NCBI GenBank assembly: GCA_950097015.1
Contig: CATNEN010000029.1
Coordinates: 4,960,001 to 5,024,000 of the forward strand
Reading direction: 5' to 3'
Length of the DNA stretch: 64,000 bases
Source of the DNA: Macrostomum hystrix
Taxonomy: Eukaryota > Animalia > Platyhelminthes
Shown in pieces: positions 12,341 through 26,130 of this stretch; position 1 is the stretch's first letter, and every line of letters starts with the position of its first letter. A model generated the notes under the pieces. The model was given only the letters and a program-made list of their open reading frames with translations. It had not been told where the DNA came from and searched no databases. Made by a program: the position numbers and the translations under genes.

Positions 12341-12495
12341 TGTTGTGCAGTTGAGTAATGCACGTACATAGTTCGTACATGTACACCTCTGATATCGATT
12401 GGCACAGAATATATATATTCCAAATACTGAGAGCCAACTTGGCGTGAAAGTTTCGGATACTAACTTGGCTGACTCGCTACTATTCATTTACAACA
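12341..12495 (+). repeat. 3' LTR (155 bp)
   Basis: Identical to the 5' LTR and preceded by the PPT. Confidence 0.97.
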
Positions 12496-13540
12496 CCCAC
12501 CACTCTCCCTACCACTCTTCCTACCAGTCTACCACTCTCCCCACCACTCTCCCTACCACTCTACCACTCTCCCCACCACTCTCCCTACCACTCTTCCTAC
12601 CAGTCTACCACTCTCCCCACCACTCTCCCTACCACTCTACCACTCTCCCCACCACTCTCCTTACCACTCTACCACTCCCCCCACCACTCTCCCCACCACT
12701 CTCCCTACCACTCTACCACTCTCCCCACCACTCTCCCTACCACTCTACCACTCTCCCCACCACTCTCCTTACCACTCTACCACTCCCCCCACCACTCTCC
12801 CCACCACTCTCCCTACCACTCTCCCCACCACTCTCCCTACCACTCTACCACTCTCCCCACCACTCTCCCCACCACTCTCCCCACCACTCTCCCTACCACT
12901 CTACCACTCTCCCCACCACTCTCCCTACCACTCTACCACTCTCCCCACCACTCTCCCTACCACTCTACCACTCTCCCCACCACTCTCCCTACCACTCTAC
13001 CACTCTCCCCACCACTCTCCCCACCACTCTCCCCACCACTCTCCCTACCACTCTCCCTACCACTCTACCACTCTCCCCACCACTCTCCCTACCACTCTAC
13101 CACTCTCCCCACCACTCTCCCTACCACTCTACCACTCTACCACTCTACCACTCTCCCTACCACTCTTCCTACCACTCTACCACTCTACCACTCTGCCCAC
13201 CACTCTTCCTACCACTCTCCCTACAACTCTACCACTCTCCCCACCACTCTCCCTACCACTCTCCCTACCACTCTACCACTCTCCCTACCACTCTTCCTAC
13301 CACTCTACCACTCTACCACTCTCCCCACCACTCTTCCTACCACTCTCCCTACCACTCTACCACTCTCCCCACCACTCTCCCTACCACTCTTCCTACCAGT
13401 CTACCACTCTCCCCACCACTCTTCACACCACCCTACCACTCTCCCTACCACTCTCCCTAACACTCGACTCTACCATTCTACCACTTTCCCTACCGCTCTC
13501 CCTACCACTCGACTCTACCATTCTACCTCATTTTCTACCA
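12496..13540. repeat. CCACTCT/CCCTA/CCCCA-based minisatellite, right part
   Basis: Almost G-free strand; accounts for most of ORF 12399-13460. Confidence 0.95.
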
Positions 13541-15504
13541 TCCTGCCTTTCAAAATCGTACCTAACCTCTTATCCTCTACTTCTTAACTGTGTCGCAGAG
13601 ACTTAGTGGGGGGGTATTAAATTCAAGCAATGGAACTTCCTTTTTGAAGACATCATTAGCGCTAGTTTTTCTTACACCAGATTTAATCTCTCGGGAGTTG
13701 CTATGATATATTCAACATGCCTTTTGTCATTTACAAAAACAATATATCTCCGCATGCATATCCATTTCGCAGTTCAAAGTCAACTCAAGACTATACAAAG
13801 ATTTTTAAGACACGCATTGGTCGGAAGGCAAATAGACAATCTCTACTGAACGATAAAAATTAAACAAATGAGACTCAAGTTCTATAAATTTCAAGTCAAA
13901 AGTATATAGACATTCTTTGGAATGGTTTAACACCTGTGCGAGTTTGCAGTTATTAAAAAAACATCACATATAACCCATCCTATACTGACAGTTCCTTTCA
14001 TCATCCTTCTCCTTATCAACTGCGGGGTTCTTTTGTATTTTGAATTGCTTTTCAAGAATCGCATTGTAGACAATGATTGTTGCTACGCTATACGGGCGTA
14101 GGTTCTCTTCTCTTTCTTTTATTATCTAAGAAATAAGTCTACAATACATTATCATTATAGCCTTCTATTATTATGAGTTTGAGAAAGACAAGTCAGGAAG
14201 GAAACATTTATCAACTTTCAACTGTCCATTACAGAGTATAAGGGTCAAAGGTGCATGAGCACTATATATATATATAGCTGCAATAGCTACAGTTGATTTC
14301 AACCAAATTTAAGTTATTTCCGTTTTCATTTCGGAGTTTAAACGTGCTTGTATAGAATCGCCTACATAGGCAGAACGGAGATTGTGCAACAACTTTGAAT
14401 GTCTTAAGATATTCGGGTACTAATTATCGGCCTTTATAAATGATGCCACATGTTAAAACGACCGGATGCAGGACAATTTGGCAACGATGAGTAGGTCCTT
14501 CTCGAGGTGTTCTCAGACTTGCGTTGATGCGTTCACGCATCACTCGCTCACACTGAAATCTCGGCAAAGATATGTTGCCATGCCCTTGCAAAAGGGATTC
14601 TTCTTCCCCTAGAGGCAAAAATCGTTTGGTGCATGGACAATGGTCTTATCGTGTTTTAGAAAGTGGAAGAAATCCCTTCTTTTAGATCCTTGTTCCCAAA
14701 ATGTTCCGCTCACTTTACACAATTCCTGTCCCTAATATTGTTGTTGTTCCAACCGTTATTAATGATTATCCCAAATGCGTCAGAGATATTTCTAATTTCG
14801 AATCAAATATGTGGCGCGCGTGGCAAATTTATTGGGTTGTGGAAAAAATCGATTGTGGGATTAAACAGCGATATAGTGAATGAATCTGGTCAGATGGAAG
14901 GCGAGCAAAGGGGATTTAGGAATTTAGGAGATAAAAAATTGAATTCAGATGATGTGGAGGTTAAAAGTGGGCACACGCGACATGAAAGCGTTGGCGACAG
15001 AATCTCTTGATAGAGTCAATCAAGCACAATTGCCTTGAGCAGTTGAATACATTAACTATGCTCACGGTTTGAAACTAGTGAAAGCAGTGACTGCTGCTGC
15101 TGCTGTTGCTTCTAAATGAGGATCTAAATAAAAATACAATAGGCACGAGGTGCAATTAAACAGAAAAAAACTTTCTTATTTACAGCATCGCGCTAACACC
15201 GATAAAAAACAGTTGAAAATGGCGGTTCCTGGAAGTTTCTGCCCTCATGGATGAAGCAATTTTCTTTTTTAGATTTTATTCTTCGCTGCGCTTTCTCTTT
15301 CAGCAGTAGAAAATTTTGTTACAATTGAACGGGCACGTGGGCTGTCAAAATTGCGCATAAAAAGCCACCCTGAGGACACAAAAAATATATCGAGTGCAAC
15401 GTGTATATGCCGCAATCTTTTTCATTTAGCATTGGCCTTTCAGTATTTGTTGTGTGAAAAATTTAAATAAAATAAAACAAGAAACACGGCTGGAAGGAGA
15501 GATG

Positions 15505-16085
15505 AAATGGGGGGTAGAAGGAGAGACTGAATGGGGTAGAAGGAGAGACTGAATGGGGTAGAAGGAGAGACTGAATGGGGTAGAAGGAGAGACTGAATGG
15601 GGTAGAAGGAGAGACTGAATGGGGTAGAAGGAGAGACTGAATGGGGTAGAAGGAGAGACTGAATGGGGTAGAAGGAGAGACTGAATGGGGTAGAAGGAGA
15701 GACTGAATGGGGTAGAAGGAGAGACTGAATGGGGTAGAAGGAGAGACTGAATGGGGTAGAAGAAGAGATGGAATAGATGGGGTAGAAGGAGAGACTGAAT
15801 GGGGTAGAAGGAGAGACTGAATGGGGTAGAAGAAGAGATGGAATAGGGTAGAAGGAGAGATGGAATGGGGGTAGAAGGAGAGATGGAATGGGGGTAGAAG
15901 GAGAGACTGAATGGGGTAGAAGGAGAGATGGAATGGGGTAGAAGGAGAGACTGAATGGGGGTAGAAGGAGAGATGGAATGGGGGTAGAAGGAGAGATGGA
16001 ATGGGGGTAGAAGGAGAGATGGAATGGGGGTAGAAGGAGAGATGGAATGGGGTAGAAGGAGAGATGGAATGGGGGGTAGAAGGAG
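15505..16085. repeat. 22-23-bp minisatellite (GGGGTAGAAGGAGAGACTGAAT / ...GATGGAAT)n
   Basis: Two unit variants arranged in blocks. Confidence 0.95.
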
Positions 16086-16974
16086 AAACAGTAAGGGATA
16101 GAAAGATAATTTGAAGGGGATGGAAAACGAGATGGAATTGGGGTAGAAAAAATACAGAAGGGGTAGAAGAAAGGCGTAGGTAGTAAGATGAAAGCAAATT
16201 ACACGGCAATATGCTGAACATATCGGTGAATTTTGTTTTACAGAAATTGTTTTGTCTTTAAAATTGCAAGATATTAAAAAATGTCGGTACTGAGTTGCGC
16301 AAATTAAGGCCTTAGCCAGCCAGCAGTTTTGAGTATTAGGACTCAAAGTCTAATAATAACGAGAAAGGGGTTAAAAATGTGAACAAAATTATCCCATATA
16401 ATTGTTGCATCATAGGCAGCGAGGTCAGTTATGGGGTAGAGCGAATTCAGACAATATTGAAGCCACTAGCATGCAGGTAATCAACATTCTCAATACCTGA
16501 TCTCGCACTAAAAATTGATCATGTCATTATGGTGGACGGGCATGTATCTCATTGGGTAATCATGGCTAGCCCTGCATTTCCAAAGTCGCGTGGTTTAAAT
16601 GGGAAAATTATGATTGACATTGCACGAATACTTATAGCATTGTGTGGTGGCCACAGGTGTAATTGTAGCATTCATTGACAAAGATCTTTGAGAACGTCAT
16701 TAACTAGTATCTATATATGAGGGCACCAAATGCAAATCAATAACTATATAGATCAAGCACTAGCCTGTGAAATGGACACACGATTGTCGCAGAGATGCAA
16801 AGCGATGCGTGAATGATGAGTGACATCATTTCCCTTTTTTCTGTCTAAATTTGATCATATTTGTCACTTTCAATGATCTTGTAACTTGAGTAAAGCTATG
16901 TCAGTTGCAATGCCTTAAAAGTATGCTGCCCTTTTATAGATATCATTTTCTTACAGTAAACAGTATTTTATAGT

Positions 16975-17173
16975 TTAGCATTCTGCAGTTTCCAGTGTAG
17001 CATTCTGCAGTTTCCAGTGTAGCATTCTGCAGTTTCCAGTGTAGCATTCTGCAGTTTTCCAGTGTAGCATTCTGCAGTTTCCAGTGTAGCATTCTGCAGT
17101 TTCCAGTGTTACATTCTGCAGTTTCCAGTGTAGCATTCTGCAGTTTCCAGTGTAGCGTTCTGCAGTTTCCAGC
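16975..17173. repeat. 22-bp minisatellite (TAGCATTCTGCAGTTTCCAGTG)n
   Basis: About 9 tandem copies. Confidence 0.95.
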
Positions 17174-17896
17174 ATTATGAAATATACGCTCCTAACAAAA
17201 TACTATAAAATTACAATCCAATAGCTATCTCACACTATGCATTGTCCAGACTTCATCAATTCCAGATCGTTGCATATCAAAGCCTCAAAGTCGGCGGCAC
17301 GTGACGGTCGTAAGAAGAACTGGCCACCATTATGAAAATGAATGATCAAACTTGTTCAGAGAGACAATAGAGAAATCTTGAGAAGCAGTTTTTATTAGGT
17401 TTTAACACCAAATAGCCCCTTGCTGTTTTGTTTATATTCCATATAAGAATGGCATTACTGTTTAAAATATTACAATGACCGGGAGTTTTATTACAGATGC
17501 TCGACTCAGGGTGAGACCTGTAATTTTCGGACCCAACTATTTCTCTTCCCTAAAAATTGCGCCCTCATCTGACACTGCGCCGCCCGCGTGCTTGCGAAAA
17601 TTGTGCTGTCCATCAAAATTGCTTCCTACAAGCAGGAGCTTCACGTACTGGACACACCTGCAACTCAACACCGTGCGTACGCCAAACACTCGTCAGCTCG
17701 AATTGCACCGCTTCTGCTTCCTGTTTACGCTAAAAAACAGGGCGGAGACAAGATGAGGCGCGGGATTCTGGGACGAATTATTTACGTGGGTGGCGCCGGG
17801 ACAAAAAAAGACTCACCTTGTGTCACCTGTCTGCCGTGTTGTTGACAGTCAAAGTCAAACTCGAATTCTTAGCCGACAAGGTCGAAAATGAAACAG

Positions 17897-19075
17897 CAGT
17901 CGAAATGGAACCACAGTCGAAATGGAACCACAGTCGAAATGGAACCACAGTCGAAATGGAACTACAGTCGAAATGGAACCACAGTCGAAATGGAACCACA
18001 GTCGAAATGGAACTACAGTCGAAATGGAACAGCAGTCGAAATGGAACTTCATTCGAAATGGAACTACAGTCGAAATGGAACTACAGTCGAAATGGAACTA
18101 CAGTAGAAATGGAACTACAGTCGAAATGGAACAGCAGTCGAAATGGAACTACATTCGAAATGGAACTATAGTCGAAATGGAACTACAGTCGAAATGGAAC
18201 TACAGTCGAAATGGAACTACAGTCGAAATGGAACTTTAGTCGAAATGGAACCACAGTCGAAATGGAACCACAGTCGAAATGGAACTTTAGTCGAAATGGA
18301 ACTATAGTCGAAATGGAACTACAGTCGAAATGGAACTACAGTCGAAATGGAACTTTAGTCGAAATGGAACCACAGTCGAAATGGAATCACAGTCGAAATG
18401 GAACCACAGTCGAAATGGAACTACATTCGAAATGGAACTACAGTCGAAATGGAACTACAGTCGAAATGGAACCACAGTCGAAATGGAACCACAGTCGAAA
18501 TGGAACCACAGTCGAAATGGAACAGCAGTCGAAATGGAACTACATTCGAAATGGAACTATAGTCGAAATGGAACTACAGTCGAAATGGAACTACAGTCGA
18601 AATGGAACTACAGTCGAAATGGAACCACAGTCGAAATGGAACTACATTCGAAATGGAACTATAGTCGAAATGGAACTACAGTCGAAATGGAACTACAGTC
18701 GAAATGGAACTACAGTCGAAATGGAACCACAGTCGAAATGGAACCACAGTCGAAATGGAACCACAGTCGAAATGGAACCACAGTCGAAATGGAACCACAG
18801 TCGAAATGGAACTACATTCGAAATGGAACTACAGTCGAAATGGAACTACATTCGAAATGGAACTATAGTCGAAATGGAACTACAGTCGAAATGGAGCAGC
18901 AGTCGAAATGGAACCACAGTCGAAATGGAGCCACAGTCGAAATGGAGCTATAGTCGAAATGGAACTATAGTCGAAATGGAACTACAGTCGAAATGGAACC
19001 ACAGTCGAAATGGAACCACAGTCGAAATGGAACCACAGTCGAAATGGAACCACAGTCGAAATGGAACAGCAGTGG
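17897..19075. repeat. 17-bp minisatellite (GTCGAAATGGAAC[C/T]ACA)n
   Basis: About 70 copies; explains the 17-aa periodic ORFs. Confidence 0.95.
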
Positions 19076-19884
19076 AAATTAAGCAAGGATTCACTAAGAA
19101 GTGGTGATAAGTGACAAATCCCTTATAAGGCGAAAGACACAAATCAAAATTTGCCACTATGAACTAACCACCTGTTAATTGAACCAGCTCAGTAATGTGT
19201 ATTGAGCAAGAAAACTCCTCTAAAAGTCAGAGAATAAGGCACATTGTAGATCAATCCCCATTTATGAGTGAGTCTGGCAGTAATAATGTCTAGATGGTAT
19301 TTTTCTGATGGTCGCGGCGAGTCTATTGTATAAGACTCACATTATAGTGGGGTCGCGTGCCAGCCTTGATCAACTGGACACTGCCGAATGTCCAGTCACT
19401 GATTGATGATGAATTGAGATTTTCGGGAAGCCCTCTTCAATATTTGGGATCTGTTAATAGTCTTAAAATAAGAGATTTTGACTTCCCCTTTATTTTGACC
19501 GTCTGCTTTGGCCTAGGAAACCGAAAGTAGGGCTAGATATCTATTGCGGTTGTTCATCTTTCACAGATGAGCTAGGAATCACTCACAGGTTTATTTTGTT
19601 ATTATAGAAATTCATCGATAAAAATTTCTCTTATAGATTTGCCTTGGAAACAGTTTTCATTTTAATGAGTTTTCCGCGGCAATAATAAGTGTAAAGATTT
19701 TGATTGACAAGTTGTCAGAAAATTGAAATTCTACTTGACCATTTTCTCGCAGTTTTTTTTCTACTTCACAATGTCAGCTTAATAAACCATGATGGGTTGA
19801 AAAGTATTTGGTTCTAGCTTGACAATACTGGCTCAACTGTGTGTGTATCAGAACGTGTTTCCAACGACAATCTAACAGTCACAA

Positions 19885-20280
19885 CTTACTGTCTAACAGG
19901 TATTTACCCTTGTGTAACAGGTCCTGTACTGTCTAACATGTCCTTACTGTCTAACAGGTCCTGTACTGTCAAACAGGTCCTTACTTTTTAACAGGTCCTG
20001 TACTGTCTAACAGGTCCTTACTATCTAACAGGTCCTGTACTGTCTAACAGGTCCTGTATTGTCTAACAGGTCCTTACTGTCTAACAGGTCCTTACTGTCT
20101 AACAGGCCAGTATCTTTGTCAAACAGGTCTTAATTCTTGTCTAACATGTACTCATTGTCAAACAGGTATTTATGGCATAATAGGTGCTTATTGTATAACA
20201 AGTCTTTATACTTGACTAACAAGTCTTTATCCTTGTCTAACAGGTCTTTACTATGTAAAGGAAGACTATAAAATCTAACA
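19885..20280. repeat. 18-20-bp degenerate minisatellite (TACTGTCTAACAGGTCCT[G])n
   Basis: Homogeneous core with diverged flanks. Confidence 0.85.
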
Positions 20281-21249
20281 GGTGAATTTCATACTCGAAC
20301 AGACAGGCAGCATTTCACCGAATGTAGCAAGGCTTGTTCATCTAAAAAAGAAACCTCAATTCTTTAACTAACAAGAAATAAACGTTATTTTATCAAAGAT
20401 AAGAAAATATTTCGTCGATTAAAAATCTATTTGATACTTCCCCACTATGAGGTTGACAAAAAATGAATCCATATCCTTTGCTTCAAAGAAGACAATATTT
20501 TACTGAGAATTAATTTGCATTTAAACTTGTCTCCATGCTGGGTGGCATTAGATATTCAAGAATTAAACAAGAAATTCGTGCAGGAATCAAAAGAAAGCTA
20601 CAGATACACAGACTCATTGTTCCCTCAGTCCATTCATTTCTTCTTTTGTCAAGAAGATCTTGCAGAAGAATGAAGAAATTTATTAACTGGAGAGATGAGA
20701 CGGATGGCAACTGCATTTTAGGGTTTTTTTTGGGAAAATCTATTTTAACAAAAAATGGTTGACATGGCTTCTCAGGCTCATTGAATTTTTCAATATTCAA
20801 ATTGATTTCACTGGGGGTGGGTGTCCTTCGTGCGGCCTATTCATCATTTTCTTTGCAAAGATTTTTAATTCTTTAGCGGGTCTTCGTAACGAATATTTTG
20901 GCTGCTAATATAAAAATCAAATTTATCTTCAGTTGGATGCACGAACTGGAGAGCTGCAACACAGAAACTCTTTTGATTATCATTCGACTTTCCTTCATAT
21001 TTTGAATTATTGAATCACAAAATGCATCTGATTAAATATAGATTTTTTGCAAATGAAGAGCAATAAACTCAGTAGAATGGTCTTCAAACTTTACTAATCT
21101 CGATAAGTCCATGAAACTGAAGCTTAAAAGACTTGACAATCTGTATCGTGTCACACGATATGAAGTAAAACGCTGAACTTAAACATACAAGAAATCTATG
21201 AATTATTAGCAAGCTGAAGTTTTGCAAAAGACATGAAAAAAGCAGCAAA

Positions 21250-21752
21250 AGCTTCACAAAAAACCATGAGGCTCCACACCTCAAGTTTCACAAAACACCT
21301 GAGGCTTCTCACCTGAAGTTTCACAAAAGCCCTGAGGGTTCTCACCTGAAGTTTCACAAAAGCCCTGAGGCTTCTCACCTGAAGTTTCACAAAAGCCCTG
21401 AGGCTTCTCACCTGAAGTTTCACAAAACCCCTGAGGCTTCTCACCTGAAGTTTCACAAAACCCCTGCGGCTTCTCACCTGAAGTTTCACAAAACCCCTGA
21501 GGCTCCACACCTGAAGTTTCACAAAACCCCTGAGGCTTCTCACCTGAAGTTTCACAAAAACCCCTGAGGCTTCTCACCTGAAGTTTCACAAAAACCCCTG
21601 AGGCTTCTCACCTGAAGTTTCACAAAAACCATGAGGCTCCACACCTGAAGTTTCACAAAACCCCTGAGGCTTCTCACCTGAAGTTTTACAAAACCCCTGA
21701 GGCTTCTCACCTGAAGTTTCACAAAACCCCTGAGGCTCCCCACCTGAAGTGT
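21250..21752. repeat. 33-34-bp minisatellite (CCCTGAGGCTTCTCACCTGAAGTTTCACAAAA[C/G])n
   Basis: About 15 copies; explains the 11-aa periodic ORFs. Confidence 0.95.
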
Positions 21753-22964
21753 CTCAAGCCCGTAGGCTTCGCCAAATGAAGTTTTATAGATATATAGTTT
21801 CGCCAAATAGCCACATGACATGCTGGTTGTCTGTTCAAAAATTATATAAAATTTGTGGGAGATATTTAGGAAACTGAGAGTCATTGATGAGCCACAGTGA
21901 TGGGATTTGATCTGTCCGATCCCAAATTGAAATCCTATAGAATAGAAATGATTAACAAGCTCAAACTAATGTTTGTTATCCAAGTCTGAGCAGGTGGGCG
22001 CTCTCGTATGCTAACTTTAGTATATTCTACTACAACACGATTTGGATATCAGTTTGATAAAATCCCGATCTTAAATTACTGATAGATAGTATTAATGTCT
22101 AAATATTATTTTATCCTAAAACTATGCGCCATAGATATCTAGTCTAGTTGCTGACCATTCTAGATGTCTGTGTATTTCCTAGAATTTCACGCGGTTGTGC
22201 AATCATGAATTTGGGTAGTTATTCTATTATATACCCGGAGCATCTTGGAGCATCGGATTTCAATATTTTTTCAAAAAATATGTGTCCCTAGTGCATTCCA
22301 AATTACACAGGTATCGATTTATGATTTCTTAATATCTGCTCAGCAACTATCCATAAATTCCTTAAAGAATATTGTCTTTGAAATCCTTTAAAAATTGAAT
22401 TCTTTCAAACAATAATCAAAGGGTTTTGGAGAGGGGCTGTCACGCATGGCGGAATTGACACCTGTGCATTGTGTAAGACTATTTTTCGCGTGTTTTTTTG
22501 CAATTCACATTCCACATCTTGAGTAGAAAGATGAGACTGCGGTGTGGGGTGGGGAAATGCCACCAGTTGACGACAAGAAGGTGACAGCAATGGGATTCGT
22601 TATCACCAGTGGGATAAAATTAATTGTTTCGATATAATAAGAAAATTCAACAAGCGGAACGGGGCGAGTCCGCAGTCGCTAGGGTGGGTGGTACCGAATA
22701 TTGCTGACTTCTTCAATGGCTTTTCACAATTGCAGTCTCATCATTTTCTTTTCTTCTTTTGTTTCCTATTCTTCATCTGGTGTCTTCGTGACGAAAAAAT
22801 AGAATAGAATCAATTCGTACAGCGGATCCATATGAGAATATAATGCGACCTGGCTTGGATTGCATTGTCTTTCATTGCTTGTGCAGGAGTACAGACTTAA
22901 TATTTTCGAGTTTACTAAAATGAAGTGCAATGTAATGTAAGAACTTGTTGCCTTGTGATAAGAG

Positions 22965-23440
22965 TCGAAACTTGTCAACTCCGAAACTTGACAACACCGA
23001 AACTTGACCACTCCGAAACTTGTCCACTCCGAAACTTGTCCACTCCGAAACTTGTCAACTCTGAAACTTGTCAACTCCGAAACTTGTCCACTCCGAAACT
23101 TGTCCACTCCGAAACTTGACAACACCGAAACTTGACAACACCGAAACTTGACCACTCCGAAACTTGTCCAGTCCGAAACTTGTCCACTCCGAAACTTGTC
23201 CACTCCGAAACTTGTCCACTTCGAAACTTGTCCACTCCGAAACTTGTCAACTCCGAAACTTGTCCACTCCGAAACTTGTCCACTCCGAAACTTGTCAACT
23301 CCGAAACTTGTCAACTCCGAAACTTGACCATTCCGAATCTTGTCCACTCGGAAACTTGTCAACTCCGAAACTTGTCCACTCCGAAAATTGTCAACTCCGA
23401 ATCTTGTCAACTACGAAACTTGTCAACCCCGAAACTTGCC
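22965..23440. repeat. 17-bp minisatellite ([A/C]ACTCCGAAACTTGTC[A/C])n
   Basis: Same consensus and orientation as 2998-3475. Confidence 0.95.
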
Positions 23441-24547
23441 GTGCAAGTAAAAACTAAACCAAAAAGTTTTCATGATCAATTAGAACGATTTCTCGTTCAT
23501 TTCTAAAAATCATGCAGAAAAATGAAACTAAAAGTATAAGACATAATTTTCCAGTTTATTTCTACACCTTTGCTTAGCAACTATCAACACAGTGCAATAT
23601 AAAGATGTGCATAATTTAAAGCCAGTTTTGAAAGGCCAGACAGTACGGAGTCTCAATTCACAATGAGGTTTCAAAGACGCTTATAGCTGTCCAAGAAAGG
23701 AGAAAAAAATGGAGGACTGAAAAGAAGCAGATCAGGCGGGGTGTATGCTGTTTGAGTACTCGGCAACCAGCTGAGCAGTCGAGGGTGCCGGGGGGATAAT
23801 AAAAAGCAACAAAAAACTGTGACCAGCGTCTTGAGAAAAAAAGCAAGAAGAAGTAGGACATGACAGGAAAGGGAAGAGTGGCTTCAATGCCGGTCGAATT
23901 CCTTATCCCAGATTTCTTAGTTGCCAAGCCGGCCAACCCCACTCCGCGATTCAACCCCAATAAAGAATTCATGATGATGATGAAGTCCTGCCTGAATTGC
24001 CCGCTTTTTTCACTCTGATTCTTCCACACAAAGAATTCACTCATCTCACTGACTGCTTGAGAGAGGAGCCTTATTAACAAAGACTGCGAACGAGTAGCCT
24101 ATACTCTGACTTAAGCTTTGATTTTTGCGTGAAGTGTGGCGCGAGCGAGGCTAAATAAGACGGTTGCAGTGTCTGTTTTCACTCAAAACAATCCCGCCAT
24201 AATTCTTCCAACTAAGCATGGGCGATTTCTTATTAATGAAAGGGCTACTCAGTTCTAATCTCTGGGGGCACAACCGCTTTGAGACGACAACGGCTCATTG
24301 TTTTTGTTTGAATCATTTCAAGCCACGTGTTCCTATACGGGTAAAATTTTTTCCCGAATTTTTTAATTCCCTCGTTTCTAGTACATGATCTCCAAAGATC
24401 GAGAATATTGGGAGGTAAGCTTGGATGAATATTGATTGACAGGTGTAATACTGGCCTTAATTATACTACTCTAAATAGCAGTGTAGGGTCTAATAAGAGC
24501 GTGTTATTCAACTCTGCAAAAACGATCTAATAACAATATTTTTGCTT

Positions 24548-26130
24548 CATCTACCTCTATCCATATTCGATCTACCTCTATCCATATTCGATCTACCTCT
24601 ATCCATATTCGATCTACCTCTATCCATATTCGATCTACCTCTATCCATATTCGATCTACCTCTATCCATATTCGATCTACCTCTATCCATATTCGATCTT
24701 GCTCTATCCATATTCGATCTACCTCTATCCATATTCGATCTTGCTCTATCCATATTTGATCTAGCTCTATCCATATTCGATCTTGCTCTATCCATTTTAG
24801 ATCTACCTCTATACATATTCGATCTTAATCTATCCATATATTATCTACCTCTATCCATATTAGATCTTGCTCTATCCATATTCGATCTAGCTCTATCCAT
24901 ATTCGATTTTGATTTATCCATTTTAGATCTACTTCTATCCATATTAGATCTTGCTCTATCCATATTCGATCTACCTCTATCCATATTCGATCTACCTCTA
25001 TCCATATTCGATCTTGCTCTATCCATATATTATCTACCTCTATCCATATTCAATCTTGCTCTATCCATATTCGATCTACCTCTATCCATATTAGATCTAG
25101 CTCTATCCATATTCGATCTAGCTCTATCCATATTCGATCTTGCTCTATCCATATTAGATCTTGCTCTATCCATATTCGATATTGCTCTATCCATTTTAGA
25201 TCTACCTCTATCCATATTTGATATTGCTCTATCCATATTCGATCTACCTCTATCCATATTAGATCTAGCTCTATCCATATTCGATATTGCTCTATCCATA
25301 TTCGATCTACCTCTATCCATATTCGATTTTGCTCTATCCATATTCGATTTTGCTCTATCCATTTTAGATCTACCTCTATCCATATTCGATCTACCTCTAT
25401 CCATATTCGATCTACCTCTATCCATATTCGATCTACCTCTATCCATATTCGATATTGCTCTATCCATATTCGATCTACCTCTATCCATATTAGATCTAGC
25501 TCTATCCATATTCGATCTACCTCTATCCATATTTGATCTAGCTCTATCCATATTCGATTTTGCTCTATCAATTTTAGATCTACCTCGATCGATATTTGAT
25601 CTAGCTCTATCCATATTCGATCTACCTCTATCCATATTTGATCTAGCTCTATCCATATTCGATTTTGCTCTATCCATTTTAGATCTACCTCTATCCATAT
25701 TTGATCTAGCTCTATCCATATTCGATATTGCTGTATCCATTTTAGATCTAGCTCTATCCATATTCGATTTTGCTTTATCCATATTCGATTTTGCTCTTTC
25801 CATATTCGATTTTGCTTTATCCATTTTAGATCTACCTCTATCCATATTCGATCTACCTCTATCCATATTCGATCTACCTCTATCCATATTCGATCTACCT
25901 CTTTCCATATTCGATATTGCTCTATCCATATTCGATCTACCTCTATCCATATTCGATCTAGCTCTATCCATATTCGATCTACCTCTATCCATATTAGATC
26001 TAGCTCTATCCATATTCGATCTACCTCTATCCATATTAGATCTAGCTCTATCCATATTCGATCTAGCTCTATCCATATTCGTTCTACCTCTATCCATATT
26101 CGATCTACCTCTATCCATATTCCATCCTCC
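24548..26130. repeat. 21-bp minisatellite (GATCTACCTCTATCCATATTC)n
   Basis: About 75 copies; source of the 559-aa LPLSIFD ORF and the antisense ORFs. Confidence 0.97.

Larger units (their letters stand above)
7873..12495 (+). mobile_element. Full-length Ty3/Gypsy LTR retrotransposon (Mag-like), very recent insertion
   Basis: Identical 155-bp LTRs (7873-8027, 12341-12495) with TGTTGT...ACAACA ends; 5-bp TSD CCCAC (7868-7872, 12496-12500); TGG-initiated PBS candidate at 8029; polypurine tract GAAAGGGAAGGTGAA at 12326-12340; domain order PR-RT-RH-IN. Confidence 0.97.

Noticed and set aside
14424-15060. Minus-strand peptides FHVACA (PHD-like) and RERINASL (bHLH-like)
   Set aside because: Cys/His spacing and helix continuation do not fit, stops follow immediately, and there are no splice signals.
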